Part shown: piece after piece, positions 39,601-54,568 of the stretch
Numbering within the stretch: position 1 is the stretch's first letter
Layout: each line of letters opens with the position of its first letter
Origin: Paraspadella gotoi
Taxonomy: Eukaryota; Animalia; Chaetognatha
Direction: 5' to 3'
Length of the DNA: 64,000 nt
Assembly: GCA_051294375.1 (NCBI GenBank)
Contig: CM119269.1
Coordinates: 11,700,883 to 11,764,882 of the forward strand
Translations under genes and position numbers: made by a program
The notes under the pieces: model-generated
Databases searched by the model: none
Told to the model about the DNA's origin: nothing
What the model saw: the letters and a program-made list of their open reading frames with translations, nothing else

Positions 39601-41661
39601 GCGTTTATTGTACATGACGAAGATAAGAGAAAAGACAAAAAAGGAAAGAAAGGAAATATGATAGCAGGAACCGAGAGAAGTTATTGTACTACAATATGAT
39701 ACAAAGGAATTATGATTATACAAAAGAACGTAACCTATTTTTCTTATTATTATAACAGAAAAACTAGTAGGACGTAAACGCTGAACACTGAAGAATATTT
39801 GACAATCTTAGTATTTAACTTTACAAAGACTGACTTCAAAATAGCTCATATAAAGTTATATATTTTCCCATTACTGGTTTATATCCAGCTGGCTCGTCGG
39901 ATAAAGCTGTCACTTCGTGACCAGCGCGTCACGGGTTCAGGTCCAAGGCGGTACCTTCCGCTCGAGAATCATTAGGATCGCCAGTCATAATTTATAACAA
40001 AAAATGTTTTCCGTCGTTATTTACATTTACGGCTTCATTCACAATATACGTTATAATTTCGTATTCTATCCATAATTCACGGTATCGAAATTAAACTCCT
40101 ACGAGACTTAAACTATTTAATTCATCCTTCGCACAAGTAATCTTTAGGTTTACCGGGAAAAAACAATTTTACCCCAAAAATGAGAGGAATTGATCGGCTT
40201 CGCAGCATCGCGCCGAAAATAGTCGCGATTCCACGGATCGATTGACTCAAGGAGAAACTGGAAGAGGAAGGGAGGACGTCCGCAAGTACGACATTCAAAA
40301 ATGGCAATTAGGGAGTTTAGATACTGCGACATACATATCGCAGATCGGAAATACTGAAGACCAAACCGTAACATTACATCTTCGTCGTCAGTGTTTTCTA
40401 ATTTTTAAGTTCAAAGCCGTCGGCAGAGTTCGTGAGTGTTTGAAGTTCGTGGTTTAAGTCCGGGTTTGTCTAACGTTAATATCTTAGTTTCTTCTTCCAT
40501 TTTATAATGTGCCTAATATTTAAAACAAGTTTGAGCAAACAATGTCTGATCTACATACGATAATTAAGCGGTAATAAGCTAATCCGATGATAAATCATGG
40601 TAATTTTTCTGACTCTCAATTTGTGATTATAACAAATCATAACAGACTTCTTAATAAATCTATGAAAAAATCTATAAATCAATTGATCTATCAATCATTA
40701 CCAGTAGCTGTGCCAATACCAACTTGCATAATTAAATCAAATAGCATAATTTGGTCAATTGACATAATTTGGTCATCTGGCATAATAATTAATTGATTGA
40801 TTAATTAATTATTGATTAATTAACCAATTGTTTAATTAATTAACTAATGGATTAATTAACTGATTAATTATTTGATTAATTAATACATCTTGTATTTATA
40901 TTTAATATAAAATAAAAAGAAGCATAATCAATTAGTGAAACAGGTTTTTTGTTTTTTCCATTTAAACTCATTTCCAGCTTAATCACACACTTTCCTACCC
41001 ATATACAAAATTTTAAGTTAATCGTCCCATCCACTCATGAGTAATTGGCGTTCAAATAGTGAAAAATATTTTTTTTGTTTTTTCCATTTAAACTCTTTTC
41101 GACTAGCACGATTCTATCGAAACTTCATATCTAGCTCAATCACGCACTTTCCTATCCACAAACAAAATTTCATTCCAATCCATCCATCCAATCACAAGTA
41201 ATTGGGAGTTTTTTGCTAAGGTGGGACGGACGGACAGACGGACATCTTTTTTTTTTTGCATAATTTATCATAATTCGATATTCTGACATGATATATGTGG
41301 TTGCCCGACAATATTGAGGGGGCGGACCGACGGACCGAAAAAGTGAATTAAAAATGGCTTATTTTTACATTCGCCGACCGGGATTTTGCGGTCGGGTTTT
41401 TTTTTCGCTTTTTATGAGCGACTTATATAGAAATGTCGCTAAGCAAAAATAAAAAAAAGATACTGGTAAGGGTAGAAAAACTGTTTATTACAAATTCCTA
41501 ACCACCCCTAACCCTAACCACCCTTAATCCCTATCCAACCTTAAACCTCAATCAGCGCAAAAACGAATTGATTTGTGAAAAAAATTATTTTTACAAACTT
41601 TGAAGTTTGAAGAGAGAGAGAGAGAAAGTCTGTGAAAATATTTGTTTCACAAATCTATTCG

Positions 41662-41708
41662 TTTTTGCGCTGATGAAGGTTTACATTGAAGCTGAAACAT
41701 GTCCGAAA
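41662..41708 (+). ncRNA. Minimal type I hammerhead ribozyme (Penelope-like element type)
   Basis: CG CTGATGA A GGTTT ACATTG AAGCT GAAAC ATGT C CG. It sits at the end of an inverted repeat (41551-41600 vs 41625-41674). Confidence 0.6.
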
Positions 41709-41959
41709 TTTGTTTCTTTATAAAACTCGTACTTAAACACACAAATCATTTTCTACCTCAAACATAAAAATAGCAATTAAAATAAATTTAAAACAATTAT
41801 TATTTATTATAAAATTATAAAATTTGTATACTGAAAAAAAAAATAATATTATTTCGCAAAGTGAGACTCGACGCTAGAGGAAAAACAAAATTAAATGGAT
41901 TAACAAAGCAAAGGTTGGTTACGGACGTCGAATAGTAAAGTTACCCAAAAAAACAATAC

Positions 41960-42695
41960 TATGGCAACAGCCGGGTTGCCTGTGATGCCCATTTGGGATG
42001 GGCATCTCACTGTTGGCTTTGGGGCTTCCGACCCTCAGTGACGCATCCAGTCACTGGCGCGGTTACCCTAGGACGGTCTCGCTTTGCCAACGCAGAGGGA
42101 AGTCATTAGGACTGTGGATGGAACACTACGCCTGGGATGGTGTGTTCCCCCCTGAGCCAATGGATTTGGCTGAACGATGGTGGACGTGAGGCGGTGTGAA
42201 TATACCGCCACAGGATCCCCGGACCAAGACATCACTCAGGTTCCTCAAGCCTGAGAGGTGTCTGACAAGACTGTCACCATAGTGGGAGAGAGAGAGCGAG
42301 TTGTGGGGGCATAGGCGTTTATCGTAGCGTACCCCAGGGGCATAGGCGTTTGTCGTAGCGTACCCAAAGTCGGCAGGGCATAGGCGTTTGTCGTAGCGTA
42401 CCCTGAGAAGGTTGCGTGTTCGATAGTAGGGCTCACCACTTATGGCAACAGCCGGGTTGCCTGTGATGCCCATTGGGATGGGGCATCTCACTGTTGGCTT
42501 TGGGGGCTCCCGACCCTCAGTGACGCATCCAGTCACTGGCGCGGTTACCCTAGGACGGTCTCGCTTTGCCAACGCAGAGGGAAGTCATTAGGACTGTGGA
42601 TGGAACACTACGCCTGGGATGGTGTGTTCCCCCTCTGAGCAATGGATTTGGCTGACACGATGGTGGACGTGAGGCGGTGTGAATATACCGCCACA
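41960..42695 (-). mobile_element. Family A non-autonomous mini-LTR element (TRIM/retrozyme-like), complete
   Basis: LTRs 41960-42212 and 42441-42695 (sense TGTGGC...GCCATA). 4-bp TSD ATAC (41956-41959, 42696-42699). PBS TGGTGAGCCCTAC after the 5' LTR, PPT GGGGATCC before the 3' LTR, three ~28-bp internal repeats, no ORF. Confidence 0.9.
42012..42091 (-). ncRNA. Type-P5 twister ribozyme candidate, family A (second copy 42493-42573)
   Basis: Minus strand: GTTGGC AAA GCGA GA CCG TCCTAGGG T^AA CCGC GC C AGTGAC-loop-GTCACT GA GGG TCGGAAGC CCC AAA GCCAAC. P5, P2, P3, P4, T1 (CCG/CGG) and T2 (GC/GC) are all present. Confidence 0.8.
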
Positions 42696-42784
42696 ATACC
42701 TCATTAATCTTAAAACCTATAGTATCCAACTTAAACCCGCATTGTATTGTGGTCAGTTCCGCAGGGCGAGACTTCGGCGCGGCA

Positions 42785-45700
42785 ATGTCATCCGCGGGAC
42801 ATTTGTCCTTCACGGAGTCCTTTGTCCTGTCCGGGATCGCCGCCGTGGTTTCGAAGACGGCCTCCGCGCCTCTCGAGAGGGTCAAACTTCTCATCCAGAA
42901 TCAGAACGAGATGCTGAAACAGGTTTTTTAAAACCTCGATTTATACGAAGATAACTGGTTAAAAATACCTCGACTAGAAAGCTAAAACGCTACAGCCTAT
43001 AGAAGAAAAACAAACAACCGGTCATTCCAGCAGACAGAAATATTTAATAAAATTGACAAATTTTAAAAAAATCGTTTTTTCCTTCACGCTTTTACCTAAT
43101 TACAAAATTCCATCAGGGAGTCATTAACGAAAAATATAATGGAATCATAGACTGTACGAAACGCGTCGTAACGACGGAAGGTAAAAAACAAAGAAATTGG
43201 TACAACCAATAATTAAAATTATCCATTCATTTAATAAATAAGTTATCTTGCCCCTGACTTTGGACAGGCTTTGGTGGTTTAAGGCCTCCATCACTCTTAC
43301 AAGATAATGACATAGCAGGTCCCTGCAAGCTTTCAATCAAGACTCTCTTACAGTCACGTTTATTCACTCCCAGAATACCTGTCGTCCTCGGGTGAGTTAT
43401 ATGCCAAAAGTTTTTTTGATTGCAAAGAACATCTGACACAATACGGGTAGGCCTAAAAAAATAGGTTTCCACCAATCGCCATTCAAATTGATTGAACACC
43501 CTTAGCGTTACCAGCGCTTGAAGGATTTTTGGCACATAAAATATAAATGTATAAAATATGAAAGATTTTAATCTCCAACCTCATTTATCAGTTAAAAAAA
43601 TATATTAGATTAATTCATGTCAAATTTCAAGACAAAAATACATTAAGTGGCTTTACAACATCATCAGCAATCTGCTGGAGGAGGTAGAAGCCATTACATT
43701 AATGTTTATATCTTTTAAGTTGGGGGAGTAGCACAAAGTGTTTCTATATAGATTTATTCACAAATAAATATATCAATATGATTAGGGGTTTAGTTATGAA
43801 AAGAAAATTATGTTTTTAATTAAAAGTAAATGGCTTTCATAAAGAAATTTTTACCTGCAACATTTCGTCCACATCCTTCAACTTATTGGGGAAGCCTCTA
43901 CAGAGCCTGTGAAGAATGTTACTCTTAAAATAATGAAATAACATTGAACCCAGAGTGTTTGGGCAACTAATAAAGTTATTTTTGAAAGTATAATTTTTAT
44001 TTTTTTCAGATTGATAGCATATGAAGATTTAATTCAAAAATGTTTCAAAAGAAGCTCCTTTGAGAAGTTGTGGATCAATCAAGATGAAATTTATCAAACA
44101 GTTTTACCCTATCTTGCTTAACTTATTAATTCTATATTAAAAATTATAATATAATATTTGGTGTATATTTTAGTATATTATAGTTTATATTATATTATAT
44201 TATATTATTATATTATATTATATATTATATTATATTATTATTATATTATTATATTATTATATTATTAGTTTATATTATATTTTAGTTTTATACAGAAAAA
44301 ATTTTCCAGGATGTGACTACACTGATATTTTTTTTAAAAACTTATTTTATTATTTAGAGCACTTATTTGTGAATAAAACTATATAAAAACACTTTGTGCT
44401 ACTCCCCCAACTTAAAAGATATAAATATTAATATAATGGCTTCTACCTCCTCCAGCAGATTGATGATGATGTTGTAAAGCCACTTGATGTATTTTTGTCT
44501 TGAAATTTGACATGAATTAACTCCATAAATTTTTCTAACTGATAAATAAGGTTGGACAATAAAATCTTTCATATTATAGACACAGTGAATTATGATGTAA
44601 AAGGTGTGCCAAAAATCCTTCAAGCGCTGGTAGCGCTAAGGGTGTTCAATCAATTTGAGTAGCGATTAGTGGAAACCTATTTTTTTAGGCTTACCCGTTT
44701 TGTGTTAGATGTTCTTTGTGATCCAAAAAACTTTTGGCATATGACTCACCCTACTGTCTTCCCTATAAATATTTCAAAGAATGTTTCAATTGTATGAAAA
44801 GAACACTCCCTGATTAATATCATAATGATTTTATTTTGAAGTAATCTATCATTTCTGTGGGATTAGATTCTCGGAAATTAAATTTTATATTGGTTGTACC
44901 AATTTTATAAAATTCAGTTCCTTGTATTTTGATGCTGGGCGGAGTACATTATAGTATTCCTCGATCTAATACTTGTGGTAGGGCCAAACTTTGTCAATGG
45001 GGGGGTCAGAAGTTCAATTTGGGAACTTTCCCAAATGAAGCTTCATACATTTCTGAGAAAGCTTTCAATATACCAATTTTTTTTTAAATGGCTAGAAGCA
45101 CTAGTAATTATTTTTTTAATATTTATTTATAGATAGGAAATGTCAAAAAAATTTTTTGGGGAATTTTGTATTTTTAAAAGCAGATTCATATAGGTTATTA
45201 AAAGTTGTTTACACAAAGTATAATTTAAGTGGGTCAAAATTAGGAAAAACTTAAAAAAATCATCCTCATCATCATCGTCCAATAATTTTAATAGTTTTGC
45301 TATTTTTTAGTAATAAAACATCAAAATTTTAAAAAGTTGTAATTACAATTTTTGTTTAACTTTTTGAGCTCTATCAGAGTCAAATAAAAAAACTTAAAAT
45401 ATCTAAAAAAATTTTTGACATTATATAGCAATATAATAATTTTAATTAACGAATTACTCATGGTTCAGAACATTTTTGCAAAAAAATATTTTAACACAAT
45501 AACTAATACTAATAATGGATTTGTTTAATGCTGTTCCCATTAAAATTTAAATTTGGTCGGCTACCGCTACTTGTGGGAGTGGTCTTTTCATAAAATTGAA
45601 ACATTCTTTGAAATATTATCACTTCATTGATAGGGAAGCAAGGAACTCTGGGAGTGAATAAACGAGACTGTGAGAGAGTCTTGATTGAAAGCTTGCAGGG

Positions 45701-46947
45701 ACCTGCAATGTCATTAACTTGTAAGAGTGATGAAGGCATTAAACCACTAAAGCCTGTCAAAAGTCGGGGTCAAGATAGCTTATTTATTAAATGAATGGAT
45801 AATTTTTATATTGGTTGTATCAATTTCATAAGTAGGAACGATACGAAATATTTATGATGTTCGTTATTGTCAGGCTTTTGGTCCTTGTGGCGAGGGAACG
45901 TGGCAAATTGTATTCGTTACTTTCCTACGCAGGGACTCAACTTTGCCTTCAAGGTTAACTTTTGATTCTAATGATAGATTTAAATACCTAAGTAAGCGTG
46001 ACTCACTATTTATTACGTCCTCCATTCATAACCAGGACACCATCAATAGTCTGATAGCCGTCTCGCCCCAAGCGTCGGCCCCGGTCCGTCTCATGTCAAC
46101 TATCGTGGCGGGCGGATTGGCGGGCGCCATTTCTCTCTTGGTCGTTTATCCACTGGACTATGGACGGACTCGGCTCGCCAATGACGCCGCGGAGAAAAAG
46201 GGCGCCACTTATACGGGTCAGTGGTGATTAGTGACTGGTGAGTGGTCAGTGAATGGGGTGTGAAATACCGCTAGTGTAAGATGAATGCGATGCCGTGAGT
46301 AAATCTCGTTTTATACTGTAAGTAAGATGCAGAATGACGAAAATAAGGCTTAGGCTGTGAACCTCTACCTCCGGCTTCTTCCGAGTCGTATGAAGATCAA
46401 TGACAGTTTGGTTGTTGGTTATTACTATTAGCGTTGTTAGTTATTAACGTTCTCAGGGTCAATGTACCAAATAGACTGATCTGATTGATATCGGCTGAGA
46501 TTGAATGTCTTGGTCTTAAACATTTAATATATATTGTAGTATAGTAATGTAAACTAAAGTATAGTATAGTAACCCCCTTCTTAGGTTTGCTCGACGTTTG
46601 GAAAAAAACAATTCGATCGGAAGGAATAACGGGAATGTACCGTGGATTCGCGATCTCCGTTTTCGGCATCATGTTCTACCGAGGTCTGTTCTTCGGACTC
46701 TACGATTTTCTAAAGCCCATAATTCTGGACGACGATCCACACCTTCTCGAAGTGAGTTGGGAAACTAAAAAGACGTTACTTGATTAATTTTTATGATAAA
46801 CGTTAAGACAATCACAAGGAATTTTTAGCTTGCCTTTAAGTATTATGCACTAGTAAACTGACTTGAAAAAAATTGATGATATGACAACAGCCGGGTTGCT
46901 TGTGATGCCCATCGGGATGGGCATCTCACTTTGGCTTTGGTTTTTCC

Positions 46948-47046
<99 letters not shown>

Positions 47047-50000
47047 GGACGGACGAACGAACGGACGGACGGACATCGTTTTTTTTTTTGCATAATTTTT
47101 CATAATTCGATATTCTGACAAAGGGGTGAACTTAGGAAAAGATTTTTGCTTAAATAGGTAATAGAAAATTTTTTGGTTTACCTAGTAGTTAACTGAATAA
47201 AAGTAGGCAATTTTTAATTGAGGAAAGGATCTTTAAAATCTTTAAGATATAACTGATAAACTTATGATCTAATTTGCTAAGATTTAAAAAAGAAATTTTA
47301 TCTTTAATAATTTGAAGCCAAATGATATTAAATTAATTATTGTAGTCTTGGAAGACGTTTTTAATGTTTTTCTACAACGACTTTATTTGTAAACAAGTTT
47401 GAGCAAACAATGTCGGATCTGCCTACAAAAATTAATTAATTAATTAATCGATTAATTAATTAATTAATTTTAATATTTATTTATTAATTATAAATTTATA
47501 TACAGCTTATCATCATCGATGTCCTTAAAATAAAGTAAATTTGACTTATATTTTTTCCATTTAAACTCATTTCCACTGGCACAATTCCGTCAAAACTTTA
47601 TATCTAGCTTCTTCACAAACTTTCCTTCCCACTCACAAAATTTCATCTCAATCTATTATGGGTTAAAATAAGTAAAAAGAGTCAAGTAAATGTGACTCAT
47701 ATTTTTTTCATTTAAACTCATTTCCACTCGTACCAAAACTTTATATCAAGCTTCGTCATACATTTTCCTACCCACACACAAAATTTGAACTCAATCTATC
47801 CTTCCAATTATGATTAATAAGATTATTTATTGGTTAAAATAAGTAAAAAGATTTTAGTAAATGCGACTTATGTTTTTTCCATTTAAACTCATATCCACTC
47901 ACACGATTCCGTCGAAACTTTATATCCAGCTTCATCACACATGTTCCTACCCATACACAAAATTTCATTTCAATCCAACCAGCCAATCACGAGTTATTGG
48001 GGCTTTTTGCTAAGGTGGGACGGATGGACGGATTGATTGACTGATTAATTAATTAGTGATTAATTAATTGACTAATTGATTAATTAACTGATTAATTATT
48101 TGATTTATTAATACATCCTGCATATACATTTAATATAATAGGGAAAAAATCATAATCAATTTTTTGTTTTTTTCATTTAAACTCATTTCCACTTAGACGA
48201 TTCCATCGAAACTTGATTTCCTGTTTAATCACACACTTGCCTACCCACATAAAAAATTCCAGGTCAATCGCCGCATTCACTCATGAGCAATTGGTGTTCA
48301 AATAGTGAATATATTTTTTTGTTTTTTCCATTTAAACTCATTTCCACTCGGACGATTCCATCGAAACTTTATATCCAGCTCAATCACATACTTCCCTACC
48401 CACACACAAAATTTCATTCAAATCCATCCATACAATCACGAGTAATTGGTGTTTTTTGCTAAGGTGGGACGGACGGAAGGACGGATGGATGGACGGACAT
48501 CATTTTTTTTTGGCATAATTTATCATAATTCGATGTTCTGACATGATATAAGTTAGTGCCCGACAATATTGAGGGGGCGGACCGACGGACCGACAAAGTG
48601 AATTATAGAGTCGGGATCTGCTGATAAGCAGATCCGACTAAAAACGTACATGTTTCGGCTTACATACAAGCCTTCTTCAGCGTTAACAAATTGTTTTTGT
48701 GAATTTTGAAATTATTTTGTGCTGAAGAGAAAAGAAGAGAAGTGGCGAGCGAGAATAAAATGCGTTGGTTATCCCTTAATTACTCCATTACACCATTAAT
48801 TCATTATGTCATAACATTCGTCTTTAAGTTATTATGTCATTTTGAGTCATTTTAGTCGCGTTTGATCCTTTATCCATTATGTTATTAAGTAAATACGTCA
48901 TTTTATGTTATTTTAGTCATGGTTGGTATTTTAGTCATTATGTCATTACATCATTATTCAGATCATTTTTAGTCACATTTAGTCATTTTAGTAAGGTTAG
49001 TAAGGTTAGTAAGGCGTAGTGAAAGTTATATACGAAAATTCTAAAAGTTAATTATGAATAACATACCATCAGTGAACATTAATTTGTAAAAAAAATTAAT
49101 TTTATGTTTTTTAATTTTCGCAGTAGGCTATATTTATATATAATACTATCTTATAAAATCGAAAAACTTCAAAATAGGCTTTTCTTAATTTTGATTGCAG
49201 ATTTGAATGCCTAGTCAAAAGTTGATAAAAGAAAATATAAATCATTTTTAAAAATTCTTTTATTAAGTGGGTTCAAAATTAAAAAAACTATATTTAATAT
49301 ATAAAAAGTTAATTTTCAGCTTAAAATATAGCTTTTTTAATTTTTAACCCACTTAATGAAGGAATTTTTCAAAAAGAGTTATATTTCTTTTTACCAACTT
49401 TTTATGACGAATCCAAATCTACAAAAAAATCTTAGAAAAAACTGTTTTGAAATTTTAACATTTATTAGTTTAGTACTAGTATAAATATGGCCTACTGCGT
49501 AAATTGTAAAATTTATTATAAATTTTTTGATTACATAAATGTTCATTAATATAATGTTGTTCGTTCCTCACTTTTAGAATTTTAATTAAAGTTAAATTTA
49601 TAAATTTTACTACGCCTAAATGGTTAGTCATGGTTGGTCTTTTAGCTATTACGTCATTACATCATTATATCCGGATCAATTTAAGTCAAATTTGGTTTTT
49701 TTATACGTCATTGTGTCATCATGTCATTTTATATCGTTATGTCATTTTCGGTCATGTTTTGGTCATTGTCTTTTACGTCACTTTACATCATTATGTATCC
49801 TCTGTTTTTATAATTTTTGAAATAAAAAAAAATAACTTTAATTTAAAAAAAAAATTAATTACTCCACTTGCCGATCAAATTTTTAAACGAGGTTGTTTTC
49901 CATCTATTCTAGATACAACTATTGGTTCTATTTATTTTTAATTTTTTACATTCTCCGCGTAATCAGCGAAACGTTTCAAAAATAAGAGAAAAAAAGGCGA

Positions 50001-50827
50001 AAACGTTCAGAAAAACTTTAAAAATTATGGAGGAATCTAACTCGGACAGTCAAGCTTTGCTAACGCAGAGGGAAGTCGTTAGGAATGTGGATGGAACATA
50101 ACGCTTGGGATGGTGGGTTCCCCCTCTGAACCAATGGGAAGGATGGTAAGCGGTGTGAATATACCGCCATAATTATCTGTTTTATGTATAATCCATTAAC
50201 TTACTTTACATAAACTAAGATAATAAATAACTAAATAATACACTAATTTTGACTTTTTTTCCAGCTTTTCCTGCTCGGCTACGCGACGACTGTGGCCTCT
50301 GAGGTGATCAGCTATCCGACGGATACGATTCGACGAAGAATGATGATGACGGCCGTGACGGGGAAAAAGTACAAGAGCGCACTCGACTGTGCTGTAAAGA
50401 TTGTCCGGAATGTTAGTAACTGTACTCTCTTTTTTTTTCTTATAAACCAGCTGGTAAAAAATAATGTTATGATAATTGATATAATAACAATAATTATAAA
50501 TTAGCCGATCGCGATAAAGGTAAAAAAAATTACATAAGAGGTTCTGAAATTTATCATTTCCAACAGGAAGGAGCCAAATCGCTCATGAAAGGCGTTGGTG
50601 CCAACGTGTTGCGCGGAATCGCCGGTGCTATGGTCCTCGCCGGATTCGATCACCTTCAGAAATATTACCTTCGGTGGCGAGATTCCAGAGGCGGTGGCGG
50701 CGGCGGTGGCGCCGGTGTCGGTTCTGGAAGTAAAACCAGTTTGTTAGAAAACTTGAGAGAAAATACCGGAACCTCCTTGTGGGGCGTGCAGGGAACCAAC
50801 AGGATCGCTGACAAACGTGAACGATAA
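42785..50827 (+). CDS. ANT: ADP/ATP translocase (SLC25 ANT/AAC)
   Basis: Exons 42785-42922, 43117-43180, 45874-45953, 46036-46216, 46585-46751, 50265-50411, 50567-50827. Motifs [45 protein letters not shown] and the RRRMMM signature. Confidence 0.93.
43190..45830. mobile_element. Nested long-TIR MITE cluster in an ANT intron (inner element ~43388-44753)
   Basis: Outer and inner long inverted repeats visible by eye. Confidence 0.6.
47391..48640. mobile_element. Helentron/DINE-like non-autonomous element; copies ~19126-20560, ~40524-41400, ~54640-55665
   Basis: Subterminal inverted GTCGGATCTGC/GCAGATCCGAC, terminal hairpin, (GGAC)n microsatellite, internal tandem repeats, T/A-run insertion without a clear TSD. 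Confidence 0.65.
48643..48684 (-). ncRNA. Minimal type I hammerhead ribozyme (Penelope-like element type)
   Basis: Minus strand: AACG CTGAAGA A GGCTT GTATGT AAGCC GAAAC ATGT A CGTT. Palindromic helix III (ACATGT). Confidence 0.7.
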
Positions 50828-51744
50828 TTTTTTTTTAAATATTTATGTTACCACTTTCTTTCGAGAAAAATTAAAATTTTGGTTGGGTTATTTGTAAAGC
50901 TAGTTGATATAAAGTCCTGACACCTCCAAATGCTTTGGGGATGATGAACTTAGAAATTAGGTATTCATTTACGAAACACCAATACATTTCTTTTTCATCA
51001 ACCTTTCCTGGAATATTTACGCGAATTTTGGAACAATAATACGACCTGTTGAATTTGCTAATTTTGTGAATTAGCGACACACTAATTTCGATAATTCCTT
51101 CAATGGTTTTAGTCATGAAAATTATGTAAATTATAGAACACGTTACTTTCCCATTTAAACATTCGCAATACTTTTAAAAAACGTTAACTTAAATTAAGTT
51201 AAGTCTTAATTAACCCATATGAAAATGACTTTTGTTTTCGGCGCTGATCCCGTTGGTGGATCGAACTTACAACATAAGTTTAAAAAATAAAAAAAGAACA
51301 GTTCAAATAAAAACGTCTGACCTTTTTGCACCAGTGCGTATACATTTTCTCTGCAGAATACCCACCGTATATGATCTATATATTAAGTCAAAACTTTTTG
51401 TTTTATTTTTTTTAATTGTTCTGAAGTTTTCATTGGCAGTCAAATTTTAAGATACCTCGCCAAGGAAATAACTTTTTAGTCTTACTTCTTTTCCGTTTTT
51501 TCAGTTTGTTCGTTAGTACTGTTTCCGTTCCTGTTTATATTATCTCTCTTTGTCAGTAAATTTCTTGATATTGTCGGTTTCTAATTCTCTCTTACCACCC
51601 AGCTAAACGATGTTCTGCAAACTTACTGTTCAAACAGTTTTTTGACCAAAGAGCTTTTTTCATCTTTCTAGATAAAATCTGGACCCTTCAAAGATAAACC
51701 CCAACTCTTCTAATAGTAATGCAGTCGCGTACATTAATAAAACA

Positions 51745-52931
<1,187 letters not shown>

Positions 52932-53501
52932 CGAACAGTGATCGAGTGGGTCGAGTGTCGAAATCCCTATTGTCAATATTATTGACGTCTGCATCGTCAT
53001 TGCATGAGCTCTTTCCGGAACTAGTGCGCCTTCAAAGACAATGGATCACTCTTGCAAGTTGGACAGCTGAACGTTATTTGAGGACGGGTTTATCTGAACT
53101 TAACCTAACATAGCTTCGTACTATTAGTGCGCGCGTTCTGAACGAGCAAGTTGAATATCTGATGTTTGAAAAGTTATTTTTTATAATCTGGACTTTATTA
53201 ATAAAACTTTGATCTCTGTTACCCTGTCCACAATCTCATTTATTTACTTAAAAGTAGGTCATACGAGAAAAAAGTCTATAGACAACAGGTAAACAATTAA
53301 TAATAACGTAAGACTGTAAGTTGTGAATAAAATTTCAGAAGGAAAAAGCTGTCAGTGAAAATTACATGAAGCTCGTATGTCTGATTGCAATTTTAGCTTT
53401 GATACTGTTGAACTTCTAGCTGATGTTAAAAAATAAATTTTCGAGGGGAGAAGCGCAATGACTGGCAAAATGTGATCATTTAATTAAGAGGATGTCAGAA
53501 G

Positions 53502-54536
53502 TCAAGTCTCAATATGTTTTGCAGTCGTTCCATTGGTTTCCTCTTCCAATTTTCCATTGTTTCCATTCAAAAGTCGCATCGCCAATTCTTCTTCCCCATT
53601 CTCGTCCGACGCGCCCTTAGTTTTCGGCTTGGCCCAATCTTGAACCACGCCGTCGCCGAAAGTTAAGTAGAACGCCGTCCCGCCCAAGATGATGATGGCG
53701 CAAATGTAGAAGACGAGACGCCACTCTGATTCCGTTCCCTGGAGAGAAATTATGGAGCATGCTTGATTGTTAAAAAAGGTTAATTTTACTATCGCCGACC
53801 GTGGTTAGGGTTTGGGGTTAAAAGTGGTATAGGGTTAGTGGTGATTAGGGTTGAGAGGATTTAAGGTTAGGGTAATTAGGTAATAATTTTTTTTTTATCG
53901 TCGCAATCGCTTAGCCTTTGCGACGATATTGTAACGCTTTTGCTCATAAGTGGCGTCGTCGTCGTCGTTGTTGTCGTCGGCGTTCCAAGTTATAGATCGC
54001 CTTTTTTATGATTAAATTTGGGTGTATGAAGCTGAAAATTTATATACAGCTTCTCATCGATGTGCTTAAAATTGAGTCTGGACAGTTATTAAATATGTTT
54101 TGTTTACGTTTTATCAAAACAAACAAATTTTCTCTCTTTTATTTTCATATTTCTTTCTCTCTCTCTTTTCTCTTTTAATTACTTGTCTCTCTCCCTCTCT
54201 CTTTTCTCTAGTCACTGATTCATAATCATAATCATACTCATACTATATAATATATATACTATATGAGTCATAGGATGTCTAGGACATAGGAAAAAAAACG
54301 AGTCTGCAGATGGCTCTGCAGGGGCTTATTCTTTTTCTCTCTTTTCTCTTGCTGCTACTGCTGCTGCTTTTTGATTTCTTTCTTTTTTCCTGCTGCTGAA
54401 AATGATTTGGCTTCTTTCTCTCTCTCTCTCTCTCTCTGATTAATTTTTTTCCTCTGAAGGAATTCGCGGATGAAATCGGGATCTTCATGTCGTCGTCTGG
54501 GATGGACTTGGTGAGACTGAGAGGGAAGGAGTTTCA

Positions 54537-54568
<32 letters not shown>

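Noticed and set aside
42406-42438. tRNA-Trp gene
   Set aside because: Partial, includes CCA and abuts an LTR, so it is a PBS rather than a gene.
42126-42572. 148-aa ORF in the family A element (MAKRDRP...)
   Set aside because: TTG start, no gag/pol motifs, not conserved in families B or C; it overlaps the ribozyme and internal repeats.
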